NCBI GenBank assembly: GCA_965216785.1
Contig: OZ244197.1
Location: 2,208,001 to 2,272,000 of the forward strand
Source of the DNA: Thermodesulfobacteriota bacterium
GTDB lineage: Bacteria > Desulfobacterota_D > UBA1144 > Nemesobacterales > UBA2774
Direction of reading: 5' to 3'
DNA length: 64,000 nt
Of this stretch, positions 59,820-64,000 are shown piece after piece. The translations under genes and the position numbers were made by a program. Under the pieces are notes generated by a model, which saw only the letters and a program-made list of their open reading frames with translations, searched no databases and had not been told where the DNA came from. Positions within the stretch are counted from its first letter, which is position 1. Every line of letters starts with the position of its first letter.

Positions 59820-60335
59820 TCAATTCGGTATCATTACCGTATCCACAACGTGTATAACGCCGTTACTAGCCATAATGTCTGGCTTTACCACGGTTGCGTT
59901 GTCCACTGTAACGGTGCCGTCGTTAACGCTTATGGGTATATTTTTACCGTTAACGGACTTGGCCTCTTTAAGGTTAACGACCTGCTCCGCGGTTACCTTT
60001 CCGGGCACTACATGATAGGTAAGCACAGCTACAAGCTGCTCCTTGTTCTCAGGCTTAAGCAGGTTCTCTACCGTTCCGTCAGGGAGCTTTGCGAACGCTT
60101 CGTCAGTTGGGGCGAACACAGTGAACGGCCCTTCGCCTTTGAGTGTCTCCACCAGACCCGCAGCCTGTACCGCGGCTACTAGAGTATCGAAAGACCCCGC
60201 CTGCACTGCCGTGTCCACAATATCCTTATTCTCCGCTTCATGACTTCCGGAATGTGAATACACGGTGCCTAATAACAGCACAGTGACTAAAGCTATTAAA
60301 GATACTACCGACCTAGACTTACCAAGTAATCTCAT
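59820..60335 (-). CDS. Fasciclin (FAS1) domain protein
   Basis: [28 protein letters not shown]; signal peptide; RBS AGGAGG. Confidence 0.93.
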   Translation of the reverse strand: MRLLGKSRSVVSLIALVTVLLLGTVYSHSGSHEAENKDIVDTAVQAGSFDTLVAAVQAAGLVETLKGEGPFTVFAPTDEAFAKLPDGTVENLLKPENKEQLVAVLTYHVVPGKVTAEQVVNLKEAKSVNGKNIPISVNDGTVTVDNATVVKPDIMASNGVIHVVDTVMIPN

Positions 60336-60428
60336 TTGATTACCTCCTGTAAAGTATTTGTAAAATTTTTGTTCTACTCTTAATCTCATGTTCGTTTTCA
60401 CTGTCTGACTATGCTGAAAATCAACATA

Positions 60429-60476
60429 TGTCTATCGTATGTCTAATAGTATATGCATATGTATAATATATGTCAA
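60429..60476 (-). promoter_or_regulatory. Sigma70 promoter overlapped by CarH-type TnnACA direct repeats
   Basis: Minus strand TTGACA-17-TATACT; TTGACA/TATACA and TAGACA/TAGACA pairs each 11 bp apart. Confidence 0.75.
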
Positions 60477-60628
60477 GCATGTTCTGTTAGGTATAGAAAA
60501 ATTGCATTTTTTCGGTTCTATTTGTATATATCCAATGATATCAGGGCTATTATGATCTGCTTGCGCTATATATAAAGCACAAAGTTCTCTATATATATTA
60601 TTTACGCTTGATTTGTTACCTTAATAGC

Positions 60629-60657
60629 TTGACATATGTTAGACAGTCGTTTAACTT
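60629..60657 (+). promoter_or_regulatory. carH promoter with 11-bp-spaced operator repeats
   Basis: TTGACA (60629), TAGACA (60640) and TTAACT (60651) just upstream of the ATG at 60664. Confidence 0.65.
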
Positions 60658-60663
60658 AACTGT

Positions 60664-61626
60664 ATGGAAATAATAAAGCCCTCTGACGGGAAAAGGTTTT
60701 CAATGAAGGTAGTATCCAACAGAACAGGTCTTAGCGCTCATGCGATTAGGGCTTGGGAAAGGCGCTACGGAGCGGTGAGCCCCGGGCGCGATACCAACAA
60801 CAGAAGGTTCTACAGTGAAAGCGATATAGAACGGCTAAGCATGCTCAAGCTTGCAACTGACGCGGGGTTTCCCATCGGGCAGATCGCGAACTACAGTGAA
60901 GATGAGCTAAAGGAAATTCTCGATAAGCTAAATGTAATAGAGCTTCCGGTAAATAATCAAACTCCCGCGGCCCCTGTCGGAAAACTATCATCCGTAACGA
61001 GCTTTGAGCACTATATTGAATCATACATAGCCGCGGCGGAGCAGATGGACTCTAAGGCTCTTGAAAGTATCATAGTGAGGGCCGAGACAGAGTTTGGTAT
61101 CAACTCTCTTATTGAGAATATCATCATACCCCTACTGGCGCAGATCGGTGAGCTTTGGCGAAAGGGCGAGCTCCGGATAGCCAACGAGCACATGTCCTCT
61201 CACGTAATAAGGACCTATCTCGGAAGCGTCCTGGGCTCTCACAACACCAACCCCACGGCGCCGAGCATAGTGGTATCGACTCCGATTGACCAATGGCACG
61301 ACCTTGGCTCTCTCATTACAGCCGTCATAGCGTCAACGGAGGGCTGGAACGTAACGTACCTGGGGGCGAGCCTCCCGGCGGAGGAAATTGCGGGCGCGGC
61401 GCGCCACAGCGGCTCCAGCGTCGTAGCGCTCAGCCTAATATATCCCTCGGGTGACCCGGTTGTCGTACAGGAGCTGAAAAAGCTAAGACGCTCTCTCAGC
61501 GATTCGGTGAAGATTATAGTTACCGGAAGGGCGAAGGACAGCTACATAGGAGTCCTCGAAGAAATCGGTGCCCTCACTGCTGAGAATTTAGGTGATTTAA
61601 GGAATGTACTTGAATCACTCAGGTAG
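60664..61626 (+). CDS. MerR-family B12-binding photoreceptor/regulator (CarH/LitR-like)
   Basis: IRAWERRYG..P.R MerR HTH; W-x9-EH motif; HDLG and YLG.S.P cobalamin-binding domain. Confidence 0.9.
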   Translation: MEIIKPSDGKRFSMKVVSNRTGLSAHAIRAWERRYGAVSPGRDTNNRRFYSESDIERLSMLKLATDAGFPIGQIANYSEDELKEILDKLNVIELPVNNQTPAAPVGKLSSVTSFEHYIESYIAAAEQMDSKALESIIVRAETEFGINSLIENIIIPLLAQIGELWRKGELRIANEHMSSHVIRTYLGSVLGSHNTNPTAPSIVVSTPIDQWHDLGSLITAVIASTEGWNVTYLGASLPAEEIAGAARHSGSSVVALSLIYPSGDPVVVQELKKLRRSLSDSVKIIVTGRAKDSYIGVLEEIGALTAENLGDLRNVLESLR

Positions 61627-61677
61627 CGGCTCTCACCACTACCTGAGCTTATGCTTATATTTACAAGATCAATCTGT

Positions 61678-62529
61678 TTACGCTTTTTGAGCCTGTTTTC
61701 TTCTCAGGAACCAAATACCGGCAATTCCCATAAATGCGGCGACCGCAATAAATCCCCACTCGTTAAGGGTTGGAATCGTTGTTGCCTCCATCCTGATCCC
61801 AATGGTGCACGCTCTCCAATCAGCTTCACCAAACAGCTCTAATGAAGCCTCTCCGGTAGGTCCGCCTTCAAAACCGGTAATAGTAAATGCGGTTGTCGTA
61901 ACGTTTAGATTCTTGAAGTCGGCGCAGGCTGTAAATTCTGCGAATGAGAATTGTCCCGGACCAAAGAAGCAAGGGTCTTCCTCAGCAATAAACGGGTTAA
62001 ATTCCTCAATACTGTATGTCGCCAGCCTAATGACTTGAGAGCGCGGCTCTGAGATGATAGAAGGCGCTACAGCTTCAGTACCTGTTCCGCTCTGGCAGGC
62101 AACGTCTATAATCGGGTTGTCAACATCCACACCCCTGTACCTGAAGCTCCCCGCGGCGAAAACTAATTGCGGCACGTTCCAGCTGCATGTGATATCTTCA
62201 ACAGCCGCCGTGTCGGTAAAGCTTCCCCAGATACCGTGTACACACCCCGCTCCTCCGCACTGTCCCGTATCGAGCTCAGTCCAGTCGCCGGGCGCAGGCG
62301 GCAAAAACGAATTTGCTCCGAAGCCTGTGGTGGCGCAGGCAATTAAGACGTAATCTCCCGCTTCATCATCGCCGGTTTCCCCGCCGGTCGCTATCGTTCC
62401 GGATGAGAACTCCGGGAAGTTGCTAAAGGCATTCGCGCTGCCGTCTACCACCTCGACAACGGCGTTTGCGTCACTCAGGGCAACCAAAGCGAATAATACA
62501 AATACAGGTAAAACGATAAGCTTTTTCAT
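61678..62529 (-). CDS. Secreted IPTL-CTERM protein
   Basis: Signal peptide; IPTLNEWG + TM + RRK. Confidence 0.85.
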   Translation of the reverse strand: MKKLIVLPVFVLFALVALSDANAVVEVVDGSANAFSNFPEFSSGTIATGGETGDDEAGDYVLIACATTGFGANSFLPPAPGDWTELDTGQCGGAGCVHGIWGSFTDTAAVEDITCSWNVPQLVFAAGSFRYRGVDVDNPIIDVACQSGTGTEAVAPSIISEPRSQVIRLATYSIEEFNPFIAEEDPCFFGPGQFSFAEFTACADFKNLNVTTTAFTITGFEGGPTGEASLELFGEADWRACTIGIRMEATTIPTLNEWGFIAVAAFMGIAGIWFLRRKQAQKA

Positions 62530-62634
62530 TTTATATCCTCCTCAAAGAAATTACGGGCATTATATCATTTCTGGAGAACAATTGATAGGTAAAATAGCTT
62601 TAAACATTAACTATAGTGAATAAAAGGACATAAG

Positions 62635-62662
62635 AGGGGCGGTTGTAAACTAATCCGCCCCT
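62635..62662. terminator. Terminator-like hairpin
   Basis: AGGGGCGG...CCGCCCCT between tandem paralogs. Confidence 0.6.
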
Positions 62663-62688
62663 AAAGTTTTTATATTGGTTGGGTGTTT

Positions 62689-63534
62689 CTAAACTTTTAC
62701 AGTTTGTCTTCTTCTCAGGAACCAAATACCGGCAATTCCCATAAACGCGGCAACCGCGATAAATCCCCACTCGTTAAGGGTCGGGATCGTCGTGGCCTCC
62801 ATTCTGAGCGCTATCGTGCACGCTCTCCAAAATGCCTCTTCGCTCCCCACCACTATTGATGCTTCTCCTGTCGGTCCGTTGGTAAAAAAGAGCTCTGTTG
62901 TTCCCTGCGTTATTACGTTCTGAAATGTAGCCCCGGCTATGGACGTGAATGAACCCGTTGTCTCGTCATTAGTGTTAAAGTGGTCTACTTCGGGGTCCAT
63001 GACGTTACGGTAAGTATATATCCTTGCGACCTGCGAGCCTGCCTCGGTTATCACCGAAGGAGCTACCGCCAGAATTTCTTCACCCCCGAATGCACCGCTG
63101 TTGCACGCGACAGCAATAATCGGGTTATCCTGGTCTACATTATTGTATCTAAAGGACCCAGCGGCAAAAACATCACCCTCCAAATTCCAGTTGCAGGTGA
63201 TCTCTTCTGACGCAGGGTTGTCAGTAAACCGTCCCCAGATTCCCTGGTTGCATATATCGTCTCCGCAATTACCGGTATCAAGGGTTTCCCATGTACCTGG
63301 TGTAGGATCAGAAAATACGGCGCCTAATAAAAAAGTTGTTATACCGCAGGCAACTAGCTCATAATCTCCAACCTGGCCCGATCCGGTAGGGACAACTCCG
63401 GATGTAAAAGGGGGATTGTCGTTTACCACAGCGTTTGAATCCGCGTCATTTACCAGTACGGTTGCTTGCGATTCACTGATTACAAATAGAGCCAGTACTA
63501 GTAATAGCGGAATTATTGTTAATCTTGTCGTCAC
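62689..63534 (-). CDS. Secreted IPTL-CTERM protein, tandem paralog of 61678-62529
   Basis: Shared GIWG.FTD, EITC.WN, FAAGSFRY, WRACTI..RMEATTIPTLNEWG. Confidence 0.85.
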   Translation of the reverse strand: MTTRLTIIPLLLVLALFVISESQATVLVNDADSNAVVNDNPPFTSGVVPTGSGQVGDYELVACGITTFLLGAVFSDPTPGTWETLDTGNCGDDICNQGIWGRFTDNPASEEITCNWNLEGDVFAAGSFRYNNVDQDNPIIAVACNSGAFGGEEILAVAPSVITEAGSQVARIYTYRNVMDPEVDHFNTNDETTGSFTSIAGATFQNVITQGTTELFFTNGPTGEASIVVGSEEAFWRACTIALRMEATTIPTLNEWGFIAVAAFMGIAGIWFLRRRQTVKV

Positions 63535-63629
63535 TTTCGCTCCTCCATATGTTAGTTTTCACGCAATGCTACCACATAATGCCGATTTTTGATACGGATA
63601 TTCCTTGTCCATTTGTGGTTATTAACAGA

Positions 63630-64000
63630 TCACTCATCCACTGTAATAGCCCCCGGAGGTTCGGGAAGCCCGAAAACACCCCACAGGATAATTACAGAAA
63701 GCGCTACAATGACAGGCAGGTTCGGGTTTAGCTGATAGAAATACCCTGCCAGCATTCCCCCTATGGCTGCACCGAAGAACCCGGCCAGGTTATATAGCCC
63801 TGTAGTGGCGCCCCTTTTTTTCTGTCCGACTCTTTGGGTAAGGAATGCGGGGAACAGCGACTGCAGCACTGTGTGGCCCGCGAAATAAGCCATGCCGCAT
63901 ACATAAAGTATCCAGGTGTAGTAAGAATAAGCAGGGTAAATTAGAAAGCTCACAGCCGTAAGTGCCCATGCTCCGTGTGTTACCATCCTCAATGTGCCCC
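63630..64000 (-). CDS. MFS transporter, C-terminal part (start outside window)
   Basis: Multiple TMs; RGATTGLYNLAGFFGAAIGG. Confidence 0.75.
   Translation of the reverse strand, partial: GTLRMVTHGAWALTAVSFLIYPAYSYYTWILYVCGMAYFAGHTVLQSLFPAFLTQRVGQKKRGATTGLYNLAGFFGAAIGGMLAGYFYQLNPNLPVIVALSVIILWGVFGLPEPPGAITVDE

Overview
Bacterial chromosomal window, moderate GC with AT-rich intergenic regions. Three IPTL-CTERM proteins and the gene style suggest a Candidatus Dadabacteria/Desulfobacterota-like organism (inference only). Most genes are accessory: hydrolases, SDRs, MFS/APC/DMT transporters and lipoproteins, plus trpS. Recognisable modules are: (i) an A-B-A'-B' array of four EamA/DMT transporters behind two paralogous esterases; (ii) a prophage packaging relic (terminase small subunit plus a large subunit cut at its Walker A motif by a REP); (iii) a SigZ-type ECF sigma preceded by an unannotated 34-aa, 10-Cys metallothionein-like peptide and an ECF-type promoter; (iv) a Fur-boxed imelysin/di-heme/outer-membrane operon; (v) a CarH/LitR B12 photoreceptor divergent from fasciclin, sigma70, photolyase and YbgA genes, with 11-bp-phased operator repeats. 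The most unusual signals are non-coding: a four-copy dispersed ~170-300 nt element whose stems covary between copies, a ~390-nt densely nested multi-hairpin region at 24782-25170, and an isolated H-type pseudoknot at 40672-40745. I saw no tRNA, rRNA, CRISPR array or intact transposase. All structure calls were made by eye, not computed.
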